A stretch of 24,314 nt of DNA from a virus (lineage: Duplodnaviria; Caudoviricetes): the IMG/VR virus record IMGVR_UViG_3300017909_000462, positions 1 through 24,314 of that record; one strand, given 5' to 3'. The notes beneath the pieces are model-generated. The model worked only from the letters and a program-made list of their open reading frames with translations. It did not search any database and had not been told where the DNA came from. Below are positions 6,181 to 15,456 of this stretch, piece after piece. The stretch's first letter is position 1. Each line of letters starts with the position of its first letter. The position numbers and the translations under genes were made by a program.

Positions 6181-9100
6181 TAATCTATCTTAACATCCTT
6201 ACTCAACTCTATTAGTTGTTGCAGGTCTTGTACCTCTGTTAAATCAGGTGGCCTTCCATTGACCTGCCTAAACATAAAGAATGCATATTTCCTATCAACC
6301 TTTTTAGTTCGACTTAATTTATCTACAAGCTTTGCCTCTGGAGCAGAGAAACCTTTTTCATCAAAGTCTCCTTTGGCTGCAGCAATTGTGTCATCTAAGA
6401 ACTTTCTAGCCACATCTATTTTATCTTTTTTTGTAGTGGCTAATGCATCTGCATAATATTCTGCACCCTCTACAAGCAAAGGAAGTGCCATAGATATGTA
6501 TGCATTCTCTGCCCTACGTTGGCTAGGTATTCTGGACTTACTGCCAAGCTGATACGTTGGATCGTCATAGCCAATGGTAGCTAAATACTCTGCCATTTCA
6601 CTGTCACGTTCTCTTATACTCAAACCAAATGCAAGTTTAGTGAACGGATCAAAACGTCTAGCATCACCTGTAACTATGTCAACTCTTGCAGGTAATTCAT
6701 TTTCATATGAAGGTGCAGCAAAGCCACGTTGAATAAAGCTTCTGATAAACCCTGCTTTAGCTGCTTCTGAGGCACTTTCCTTGAAGCTTGGGTCCATTGC
6801 TGCGTCACCATAGTTATCACGTCTTATGCCCATAGCTCTTTGAGCATCTACGATCTGGAAGTATGGAGTAAAATATGTAGCTGCGTACTGACCTAATGCA
6901 GCACCAATTTTCTGAGCACGTTTTTGTTCATCAATTTCGTCTGATGTATTGGCTACAATGTCTACCATTTCTTCAACAAAGATATTTCCCATACCTGTAC
7001 GTGCAGTAGTACCTATCCATACTTCAGCAAGGTGTTTCATGTCCATACCGTACCATGTATCTATGGTATCTTCTTCACCGTCAAACCCATATTTCTTTAA
7101 ACCACCACGTCTAGCAAACTCTGCAATCCATGCCATCTGTCTTAATGGGAATGTTGCAGTTGTATTTATTTGTTTGTCCTCGTATGCTACATCTTCATAC
7201 TTTGCAGGTGCATCATCACTTGCTCTGTACTGATAGAAAGCAGAGATAGCACCAAGACCCACTAAGTTTCTTGTGATGTCCTGTCTATCTCGTACTGTAA
7301 GACCTGCTTGACGTGACTCTTTACTTATTGCCTTACGCATTGCAACAAGACCTGCACCTGCTGCGTTTTGTGCCATGTAATCAAATGCATTAAACATAAA
7401 TCGTGGGAAAGGAATAACTGCAGTCAGACCAGATTTTGTAATAAAGTTACTTATGTTTTTAAACACAAAGAAGTCTGGTTGTTTAGCATAGGTAACATCA
7501 AGTGCTTTGTCCGTAGCCTCTTCCACAATATCTACAAAAGACCTACCCTTTGCACCACGTAAATCCTCTGCATCATTTAATACGTCTTGTATTCTGCCTT
7601 GCTTCAATACATCTTTTAGGTCTATGCCCCATTCTGCAGCAGTAATACGTTCTAGCTCAGACATAAAGGTAGCTCTACGTGTGATGTGTTCCTGCCATCT
7701 GTTAGGTGTGTTCAGGTAATTAACAAAGTCTTCTACCCTACTAGCAGCAGCATCTAAACCTTTACCTACTTTGGTAACTGCCTGTCCACGTCCTGTGGCT
7801 TCCTGCAATTCATTTATATTACTTAACATCTTGGTCAACTGGTCAGCTAACTCAGGACGATCTAAAATATATTTAGTAAACTCTTCTGCTTCAGCCTGTC
7901 TTGCAAACAGATATGTCATATTTCTATATGAGTTTTTATATGTACCGTCACGTACCAATGGGTTTATGCTTCTGGCAAACTTTCCAAGTGCTTTACCTTT
8001 TGTGTCGCCCTCTCTAACGGCACGTGCATAGGTCAACAGTGCCGTATCCATTACGTTAGCCATAGACTCCATAGGAGCACGTACCAACACTGACTGTGCG
8101 TTTCTCATGGCTGTAGCAAAGGATGAAACTAGCAAGCCCCTACGAATGTTCTCACCACGTAGTACTGTATTAGACCAGAACTTACTTAGAGCACTCTCCG
8201 TAGCCTTACGTGCTCTCTCAGCCTGTATTTCCTGTACACTTTTTGGTTTCACACGGCGCATCTGTGACAGACGGTTCATTATTCTACCTGCCTGTGATCC
8301 TGAACTTACAACACCTAAAGTATATTCCTCGTATGACATTCCATGTTTATTCAAAATGTCAAACAGCATAGAGCTTTCAAAGAAAGTCTCACCTTCTGCT
8401 GCTTTTAGCATACCTTCACCATATGCTTTGTTTACATCAGTAGGCTTCATTACCGTTAGGTCAAACAACTGATCTATCAAGGGTTGCTCACCCACAGTTC
8501 TACGATTTTTACCTTTGCCTACGGTCTTTGTAGGGAATGCATCAGGAAACTGTGCCTGTAGATCAGCTACTACACCCACAAGAGCATCCATTTTTTCTGG
8601 ATTTAGGTAGGGTATAGCAAGTTCATGGTCACCCACAGACATATCATCTAAAGGTGTAGCAGCAGTCTTACCCTCTGTTCCATGATATACATCATCATGG
8701 TAGTAATCTGTTATTTTAGTCTGCCCTTGCTCTCTTACCTTGGCTGTATCAATGTCTAGGTTGCCATCTTTTAGTTCTTTGGCTATGTCTACCTTGTTTC
8801 TTTCCTGAAACTCAAGTATTAATTGTGTACGTAGTTCTTTATTCTCTGCTGCTTTGGCTGCGTTACGTGCTTTTATTCCATCTGCAATCTGATTCTCTAA
8901 CATCATTGCATTTTGAATGTCGTTGTATGCACTTTTACCGCCAGATATAGATTTCCAAGTTTTGTTTACACCTTTTAAACCTTTTGAACCTATAGTTAAA
9001 CCTGGAATTGCTTCTAGTATACCTATGCCACCATCAACAATTGCAGAACCATACTCACCATTACGAATATGTTCTGCACTATCTCTAAAAGCTATTGGAA

Positions 9101-9863
9101 CGTTGAGTGCCGCAGTCGCAGGGTTAAGAAACTCATCAGCAGTTACTGCAGCATTTACCTCTGATATATTTAATCCTTGCTTCAATAGTTCTTTTGTTAG
9201 TTTTCTGCTAATTGCATTTTCACTATTGAGTCTAGCCAGTATGTTTGCTTTTTTATTTTCTACACGTTGTCTTATTTGTTGCCTGTATTCAGCAGCAGTA
9301 AGATCAGACGGTAGCATGTCAGGGTTTCTTTCCATAAATTCTGCTGTTTGAATATACAGTTTATACTTGTCTGGATTAGAATTTACTTCATCCTCAAATG
9401 AAATGCCTTTTTCATCTGCCATAGTTTGTATGTAGGCTTTTTGTTTTTCAAACTTTTCTTGTTGTGCTTTGTCGTTATACTCATAAAAATCAGAACCTAC
9501 AGACTCTAACTGTCTTTCTAAATCTTCTTCTGCTAGTTGATTGATTACGGCTTCATAATCAAAATCATCACCCTCTTCTTCTTGAGCTTCAGGTGGTGCA
9601 GTTACATTTATGTCTATCTCTTCATCATCGTCATCAGGTGAAGGTAAAGGAACAGAATTTATTTCAGGTACAGGTAAATCTATATCGTCAAACATAGGAG
9701 CTTCCTGTGATACAGGCACGTCTTTTTTCACGGTAGGTGCTGTACCTGCCGTGTCTTCATCTAAGAAATTAAATAGAGGAGTGTCCTGTGATATAGTTAC
9801 AGGGTTATCCTGTTTTTGTTCTTCTTCATCCTCATCCAAGAATGAAAACATAGCATCAGCCAT
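6180..9863 (-). CDS. Large internal virion/DNA ejection protein (1227 aa)
   Basis: Last and largest gene of the structural arm; helical, with an acidic low-complexity N-terminus. Its position matches podovirus core proteins; function is inferred from synteny. Confidence 0.6.
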   Translation of the reverse strand: MADAMFSFLDEDEEEQKQDNPVTISQDTPLFNFLDEDTAGTAPTVKKDVPVSQEAPMFDDIDLPVPEINSVPLPSPDDDDEEIDINVTAPPEAQEEEGDDFDYEAVINQLAEEDLERQLESVGSDFYEYNDKAQQEKFEKQKAYIQTMADEKGISFEDEVNSNPDKYKLYIQTAEFMERNPDMLPSDLTAAEYRQQIRQRVENKKANILARLNSENAISRKLTKELLKQGLNISEVNAAVTADEFLNPATAALNVPIAFRDSAEHIRNGEYGSAIVDGGIGILEAIPGLTIGSKGLKGVNKTWKSISGGKSAYNDIQNAMMLENQIADGIKARNAAKAAENKELRTQLILEFQERNKVDIAKELKDGNLDIDTAKVREQGQTKITDYYHDDVYHGTEGKTAATPLDDMSVGDHELAIPYLNPEKMDALVGVVADLQAQFPDAFPTKTVGKGKNRRTVGEQPLIDQLFDLTVMKPTDVNKAYGEGMLKAAEGETFFESSMLFDILNKHGMSYEEYTLGVVSSGSQAGRIMNRLSQMRRVKPKSVQEIQAERARKATESALSKFWSNTVLRGENIRRGLLVSSFATAMRNAQSVLVRAPMESMANVMDTALLTYARAVREGDTKGKALGKFARSINPLVRDGTYKNSYRNMTYLFARQAEAEEFTKYILDRPELADQLTKMLSNINELQEATGRGQAVTKVGKGLDAAASRVEDFVNYLNTPNRWQEHITRRATFMSELERITAAEWGIDLKDVLKQGRIQDVLNDAEDLRGAKGRSFVDIVEEATDKALDVTYAKQPDFFVFKNISNFITKSGLTAVIPFPRFMFNAFDYMAQNAAGAGLVAMRKAISKESRQAGLTVRDRQDITRNLVGLGAISAFYQYRASDDAPAKYEDVAYEDKQINTTATFPLRQMAWIAEFARRGGLKKYGFDGEEDTIDTWYGMDMKHLAEVWIGTTARTGMGNIFVEEMVDIVANTSDEIDEQKRAQKIGAALGQYAATYFTPYFQIVDAQRAMGIRRDNYGDAAMDPSFKESASEAAKAGFIRSFIQRGFAAPSYENELPARVDIVTGDARRFDPFTKLAFGLSIRERDSEMAEYLATIGYDDPTYQLGSKSRIPSQRRAENAYISMALPLLVEGAEYYADALATTKKDKIDVARKFLDDTIAAAKGDFDEKGFSAPEAKLVDKLSRTKKVDRKYAFFMFRQVNGRPPDLTEVQDLQQLIELSKDVKID

Positions 9864-11037
9864 TTACATTTCCTGCGTTGACATACATATTATGTTTCTT
9901 TGATAGGTTTAGTCCTGTGTATACTCGTACACTAATACTTCCAGATTCATCCTGTACAAATATAATATCACCATAGTTATACTTATAAGCACTTTTCTGT
10001 AAATCGCCTTCACTAACAGGTGTAGCCATAGTATTTTTTACTTTTGACATTGGCTTGGTGCCATCTGGACGTGGTGCTTGATCTGGTACACTAAGTTGTT
10101 CTACTTCTTGAAGGGCATAAGACTGAAGTTTTTGTACAGCACCTTTAACATCAGCTTGTAGTTTATCTTTTAGGTTTAGACTTTTTACTTTACCAGAAAC
10201 TGTGCCATCGTCGTTATATATCTGGTTAAATGTCTGCATCTCTTGTGCAGCCATAAGTACAGCTATGTTTCTTTGTGCTTTAGAACCTTTGATTAATTTA
10301 AAAATGCCATCTTCCATGACACCTTCCATTTCAACTGTGGTAGCTGCGTTGTTTAATGCTTGGTTATAGAACTTAGTTATAGCAGTATCAAACTTAGCAT
10401 CGTCTTCATTGTTTCTGGCTGCATTCTCTTCAAGCTCTTTATCTATAAGACCCTTAAAATGATCTACGGCTTGTTGATACGTAGCTTTTTTATCAGGGTC
10501 TGTCTCTGCATATGCCTTTTGTACAAACGCATCGTGTGCTGCTTCAATTGTACTGTATATGTCTTCACCCTCTTGATACAAAGCACTAATAGCTTCAAGG
10601 TCTGCTTGTATTGTAGGTGTATTTTCTAGTACGTCATTTACAAGTTCAGCACTACTCTCTCCTTCAGGAGTAACAACTTCCATTTCTTTAAACAATGTAT
10701 TAGGATCAACATTCTTTTGTCTTGCTAGTTGCCCTAGCTCCAACCAATAGTTTGCAGCTTGATTACCACCTGACATTATCTTTTCTACATTTGCAGGGTC
10801 AGTATAAAACGTACTTAAAAATCCAGACAATTCTTCAGCTTGTTTCTTGGCGTCTGCCTCTGCCTTTGCAGCAGCCCGTTCTGCTTGCATTTTTTGTTTC
10901 TTTGCAAAGGTATCTAGCTCACGTTGGGATGCACGTTCCATACGTTCTTCGTACATTCTTTCCTGTTCACGTGTTTCAATTACCTCAGTAAGCTGTTCTG
11001 CTGCACCCCCTAAGAAGGACATAAAATTAAAAGCCAT
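9856..11037 (-). CDS. Putative internal virion protein (393 aa)
   Basis: AAGGAG RBS; hydrophobic/Gly N-terminus MAFNFMSFLGGAA followed by an E/R/K coiled coil; overlaps the next gene. Confidence 0.55.
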   Translation of the reverse strand: MAFNFMSFLGGAAEQLTEVIETREQERMYEERMERASQRELDTFAKKQKMQAERAAAKAEADAKKQAEELSGFLSTFYTDPANVEKIMSGGNQAANYWLELGQLARQKNVDPNTLFKEMEVVTPEGESSAELVNDVLENTPTIQADLEAISALYQEGEDIYSTIEAAHDAFVQKAYAETDPDKKATYQQAVDHFKGLIDKELEENAARNNEDDAKFDTAITKFYNQALNNAATTVEMEGVMEDGIFKLIKGSKAQRNIAVLMAAQEMQTFNQIYNDDGTVSGKVKSLNLKDKLQADVKGAVQKLQSYALQEVEQLSVPDQAPRPDGTKPMSKVKNTMATPVSEGDLQKSAYKYNYGDIIFVQDESGSISVRVYTGLNLSKKHNMYVNAGNVNG

Positions 11038-11040
11038 TGT

Positions 11041-11565
11041 TTATCTCCTTGCCATTAGACCTGTAGGTGCTTCTTCCACAGGTTCTTCTTCTTGTGGTGG
11101 TTCAACCTCTGTGGGTTCTTTTTCAACAGTCTCACCTGCCTCTTCCATCTTTTGTCTTACCTTTTGCATAGCAAGAGCAATATGAGAGTCTTTAATTTTG
11201 TCAGGATCAACCTCTTCTTTTTCAAGACCTGTGTTATACTCAACACCTGCTGCATCACCTACGTATGAAAGCATTTCAACTATCACAGGTGTTATTAATA
11301 CACCCACGTCAATGGTATGTTTGCCTTGCATTACTGCACCCAACTGTAATGCATTTGCAAGTGTAGTTAATGGTACACCTAATTCCATAACGTCTGTTAT
11401 GTCCTCTTTAAAAGTAGGACTCATAATACGTTCAGCATAGAAGTTCATTGCATCATCTACTGTTGCATATTGAGGGGGATGCTGCCAAGGAGTACTACCA
11501 AGTTCCTCAGTTAACCCTTGTCCTGCAATGGGCGCATTAAACATTGATTCTTCAAACACTGCCAT
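11041..11565 (-). CDS. Hypothetical virion-module protein (174 aa)
   Basis: Lies in the structural operon, overlaps the upstream gene and ends in TGLMARR. Confidence 0.6.
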   Translation of the reverse strand: MAVFEESMFNAPIAGQGLTEELGSTPWQHPPQYATVDDAMNFYAERIMSPTFKEDITDVMELGVPLTTLANALQLGAVMQGKHTIDVGVLITPVIVEMLSYVGDAAGVEYNTGLEKEEVDPDKIKDSHIALAMQKVRQKMEEAGETVEKEPTEVEPPQEEEPVEEAPTGLMARR

Positions 11566-11773
11566 TTTTAAGCTTCTTTCTTTCTGCGATAATCTGCTTC
11601 ATAGCATCAAGCACTTTGTCGTAAGGTTCATCCCCTACTTTTTCTTCACTTACTTGTTGCATATTACGTTGCAGCAAACCTGTCTTTTTTACAGGTTCTA
11701 CCTTCTTAACATCTTTTTTTCTTAAATCTAATAGTGCTTTACTATATGCATTTTTTGCAGGATTAGTAATCAT
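11552..11773 (-). CDS. Hypothetical basic protein (73 aa)
   Basis: GAGGT RBS; fills the gap within the operon. Confidence 0.65.
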   Translation of the reverse strand: MITNPAKNAYSKALLDLRKKDVKKVEPVKKTGLLQRNMQQVSEEKVGDEPYDKVLDAMKQIIAERKKLKNGSV

Positions 11774-11786
11774 ATCTACCTCTTAC

Positions 11787-14705
11787 TTAGAAAAATAAAC
11801 CGCCTAGAACTGAGTCTTTACCTGCAGTAAGTAGACTTACGATTGCAGACCCAATAGCTCCAGAAGCTTTAGCATCAGCCGCATATTTAGTAGCAGCAGC
11901 ACTACCTTCTTGTCTTAGGGTTTCTAATGCCAATGCATTCAATCTTTCTGCTTCAGATTCGTAACTACTTACAGCCCAAGACATTTGGTCTGAGTACATT
12001 TGCCACATATTGTTATATGCAGTGTTAGAAATATCCAAGGTAGCCATAGCATTTAGTTCATTTGCTCTGTTAATTGCAGCAGTATCCTGTGTTGCAATCT
12101 CTCTACGCCACTGAGCATTTGACTGATCTATAATCAACTGGTTCTTAGCATTAAATTGCTCACGATCATTTTTCATTTGAGCATTAAACTTATTTATCTC
12201 ATTAACTTGACCTGCATTAAATCTAGATTGGGCATTAGACTGTGTAGAATTGTGCATGTTAATAGTAGAGTTTAAGTTGTCGTAGAACTGGTTGGCTTGG
12301 TTCTCTGACTGAGCATTAAACTGCATCTCTGCATTTCTAGCAGCTTGGTCTGTTAGCATAGCATTGATGTTTTGTTGGGTTTTAAATATTCCTGTTTGTT
12401 GTTCGTTAGACAGATTTGCCAAATCCATGTTTAAGAAGTTCTGAGCATTCTGTACAGATGTTTGTTGACGGTTGTTTAAGTTACCCATGTCTAGGTTAGC
12501 TAGTGAAGATGCCTCTGCAAGAACCATAGCTTGACGGTTAGACAGATTTTCTAGGTTCATTGTCTGTACTGCACGAGCATTCTCTAATTGTACCTGTTGG
12601 TCAGCAGTAAAGTTCATGTTAGCAATGTCACTAACTTTACTTGCGTTTAGTACACGTGTTTGGAATGCTTGGTCAAACTCTTGTCCTAAAAACTTAGCAC
12701 GTTGTTCTGCTGCAAGCATAGCACGTTGCTGACGATTTGACAAGTTCTGTTGTTCAAATGTTGCAATTGTAGATGCATCAGCTTGTGCAATTGGTATGGC
12801 GGCTTCCATAGCTGCTTGTACAACTGCTTGTCCTGCCATTGATGAGGCACTAAGTCCACGTGCAGCCATCTGTTGGTTAGCTAAACGTACAGCACCTGCA
12901 GCCCAAGGTGGCGGTGTTGTACCATCAAACTGTTCCATCAAGCCTACAAGCTGACCTTGTACTGTAGCTTTCTCTGATGGTGTGGCAGTTGCTGCATCAA
13001 CTTGTTCAGTAAACTTAGCTGCTTTAGTTGCATCTGCAGCAGCACCAGATATTAACTCACCATCTTGTATCTCACGTTGTACTTCATTTTCAAAAAGAGT
13101 TACAGTACCTTGTGCAGCATTTAGATCACCCACCATACTTGCTGTAGCTGTAGCTGCACTTACTTTTGCACGAGGATCGTCTTCATCTGTTTGTGCAGCT
13201 TGTAATGCACCCGTAGCTGCAGCCACTTCATCTGCAGCAACATCTGCTTCATACTTAGCTGTATCAGGTTGTTCTACGTTTTGTGCAAGATAAGTATCTG
13301 CCTGTGCCACTGTGTCTACGCCAAACTCACCTGCACCTGTTCCTACTTGACCACTGGTTTGTTTAATAAGTTCTTCCTGCATAGGAGCACCTATTAATGT
13401 AGCTTGTTGCCTAGCTCCTTCAGGTAATGTAGGATCAGTTGCACGATCTTTAAACTCATCTTCAATTGTTCTTTGTGTTGATTGATATAAAGGAGTAAGT
13501 TGTTGCACACGAGCAGCAGCATCAGAAAATTCTTTACCTTTAGCTTCTAAAAGTTCTGCTAGATACGGATCGTCTGGATTAGCTGCAGCTTGAGCACTTA
13601 ATCTTTCTAGCTCTAAGTTTAATTGTGTGTAATTAGACTGTGCATTGGTATACTCTTTTTCAATATTTTCAATATCGCCAGTTACACCACCAGTTATACC
13701 ACTGGATATGTAATTACGATACATATCTTGTTGTGTTTTATATGCAGCAGTACTAGGAGCAGTAGCTTTAAATGAAGCTGCTAAAGCATTAGCACGTCCT
13801 TGAGCATAGTTTTGATTTCTATGTCCAGTAGGTATAGTAGTACCATCAGGATATTGTATAGCCCAATACTTCCCTTGTTTAATTAACTCATAATTATCTG
13901 GATTTTTTGCAATAGCATCATTAGTTGCATGTTGTTCTACCGTAGATTTAGACCATGACTTATCTCCCTCTAAGTTCATGTTAACACCACTAGTACCTTC
14001 GTTAAAATTAACATCTTGAAAAAGTTTATCAATACTAGCACTTTGTTGTTTAAGGTACTCATCTTTATCAGGCATACCTTGTGATGGGTCATATCCACCT
14101 TGCTGACCTGTTATTTGTCGTGCTTGTTCAGCAGTATCAATATTAGTTTTAATAACTTTACCTGAAGAATCAACTACATCAAAAGTACCTGCTGCGTTTT
14201 GTTGTACAGTTTGTGTCGTCTGAGGTGTAGCAAATTCAAGTTTACCAGACCCCTGTTTTGTAAAATATGAAGGGTCTAATTCAGCAAGTTTTTCCTTTAA
14301 TTGTTTTTCTTCTAAACCAGTATATTTATTTTTATTAATCTGAGCTTGATTAAATGCACTCATTGGACCTGTAAATTGATTTTTGTAAGCTTGAAATTGT
14401 TCTGGTGTTACATTACTAGAGTTTTCAGCAGCTTGTTGTAAAGGATTGTTTGGTTGTTGTACACCAAATTCTAACTGTCCTGCACCTGTTGCTCCACCTG
14501 TTTGAAACTTTTGTACTGCACCACCACGTGCCATCATCATAGCTGCTTGTTTAAACTGATCCATCTGTGCTTGTTTGTCAGGATTTTGATTAAGGTATTC
14601 TTGAAAGCCAGACATGTCACCAGTATAACCCAGTGTACCTGCAATTCGTTGCATGGCATTTGGTTTAAAACCACCGAATGTAGGATTTTTAATTTGATTA
14701 ATCAT
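11787..14705 (-). CDS. Putative ejection/DNA-channel protein (972 aa, Q/N/A-rich)
   Basis: C-terminal 11/22-residue repeats (NLSNRQ, xFNA) and a hydrophobic Gly-rich C-terminus; lies after the tail genes. Confidence 0.6.
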   Translation of the reverse strand: MINQIKNPTFGGFKPNAMQRIAGTLGYTGDMSGFQEYLNQNPDKQAQMDQFKQAAMMMARGGAVQKFQTGGATGAGQLEFGVQQPNNPLQQAAENSSNVTPEQFQAYKNQFTGPMSAFNQAQINKNKYTGLEEKQLKEKLAELDPSYFTKQGSGKLEFATPQTTQTVQQNAAGTFDVVDSSGKVIKTNIDTAEQARQITGQQGGYDPSQGMPDKDEYLKQQSASIDKLFQDVNFNEGTSGVNMNLEGDKSWSKSTVEQHATNDAIAKNPDNYELIKQGKYWAIQYPDGTTIPTGHRNQNYAQGRANALAASFKATAPSTAAYKTQQDMYRNYISSGITGGVTGDIENIEKEYTNAQSNYTQLNLELERLSAQAAANPDDPYLAELLEAKGKEFSDAAARVQQLTPLYQSTQRTIEDEFKDRATDPTLPEGARQQATLIGAPMQEELIKQTSGQVGTGAGEFGVDTVAQADTYLAQNVEQPDTAKYEADVAADEVAAATGALQAAQTDEDDPRAKVSAATATASMVGDLNAAQGTVTLFENEVQREIQDGELISGAAADATKAAKFTEQVDAATATPSEKATVQGQLVGLMEQFDGTTPPPWAAGAVRLANQQMAARGLSASSMAGQAVVQAAMEAAIPIAQADASTIATFEQQNLSNRQQRAMLAAEQRAKFLGQEFDQAFQTRVLNASKVSDIANMNFTADQQVQLENARAVQTMNLENLSNRQAMVLAEASSLANLDMGNLNNRQQTSVQNAQNFLNMDLANLSNEQQTGIFKTQQNINAMLTDQAARNAEMQFNAQSENQANQFYDNLNSTINMHNSTQSNAQSRFNAGQVNEINKFNAQMKNDREQFNAKNQLIIDQSNAQWRREIATQDTAAINRANELNAMATLDISNTAYNNMWQMYSDQMSWAVSSYESEAERLNALALETLRQEGSAAATKYAADAKASGAIGSAIVSLLTAGKDSVLGGLFF

Positions 14706-14717
14706 ATCTATGCCTTA

Positions 14718-14969
14718 CTATTTTAATGTCATCCAGACTGCACCTGCTATAAAAGTCAGTGTTCCGACTGTAGCTAACTTTACTACAGTGCTCCATATAC
14801 TTCTACGTGTATCTCTCCATGCTTCAAGTAGTCCACGTATTTCTATAATATCTTTTTGTGCATCTTCATCAAGTAACCCAATAGAACGTAGTGCCTCTTT
14901 AGCTCCACGCCTAGCTGCACGGTCTAGCATGTCTTCTACTTCTTCTGATGTTAACCTAATGTCTGCCAT
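14718..14969 (-). CDS. DUF6127-like small membrane protein (holin candidate)
   Basis: AARRGAKEALRSIGL...DIIEIRGLLEAWR motif and one C-terminal hydrophobic segment (VVKLATVGTLTFIAGAVWM). Confidence 0.6.
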   Translation of the reverse strand: MADIRLTSEEVEDMLDRAARRGAKEALRSIGLLDEDAQKDIIEIRGLLEAWRDTRRSIWSTVVKLATVGTLTFIAGAVWMTLK

Positions 14970-14979
14970 AGCCTACGTC

Positions 14980-15444
14980 TTATGGTTTAGTAGGCCAATC
15001 TGAATCTTCTAGATAAGGCCAGTTTGAATGTGATGTAATATCACGTAGTGCTTGACGGTAGGCTATTTGCTCAGTGGTCATTGTAGGTGTATCTGATAAC
15101 GCCCAGTGATCTGTCTCATCTAAAAGTCCTGCACGTTCATTTCTGTTTATCCATGCATGTTCATTTTCTTGATTTTCTTTTTCTTCTTCTGTTAAAGCTA
15201 CTATTTCCCAATTAGCAACCCAAGAACCATCTATTAGTTCTGGAGTTTCTGTAACAAAAGCTCTATGAGTTTTAAAGTCATGCTCTGGTATTGGCGTAGG
15301 TGTAGTAACCTTAAAAACTCCAAAACTTTCCATTAACTCCGTACTTAACTGATTAGGAAAAGAAGTATTTGGATTGTCTTTTTTTAGCTTTGATGCTGTG
15401 TATGGATACTCAGTAGTTCCATCTTCATTTACTTTTATTAACAT
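14980..15444 (-). CDS. Tail fiber assembly chaperone-like protein
   Basis: RNERAGLLDETDHW...YRQALRDIT...WPTKP C-terminal signature; directly follows the fiber/RBP genes. Confidence 0.8.
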   Translation of the reverse strand: MLIKVNEDGTTEYPYTASKLKKDNPNTSFPNQLSTELMESFGVFKVTTPTPIPEHDFKTHRAFVTETPELIDGSWVANWEIVALTEEEKENQENEHAWINRNERAGLLDETDHWALSDTPTMTTEQIAYRQALRDITSHSNWPYLEDSDWPTKP

Positions 15445-15456
15445 TGTTTCTTCCTT

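Noticed and set aside
6180-9863. Virion RNA polymerase or lytic transglycosylase in the 1227-aa protein
   Set aside because: No catalytic motif was recognised by eye; a profile search is needed to exclude it.
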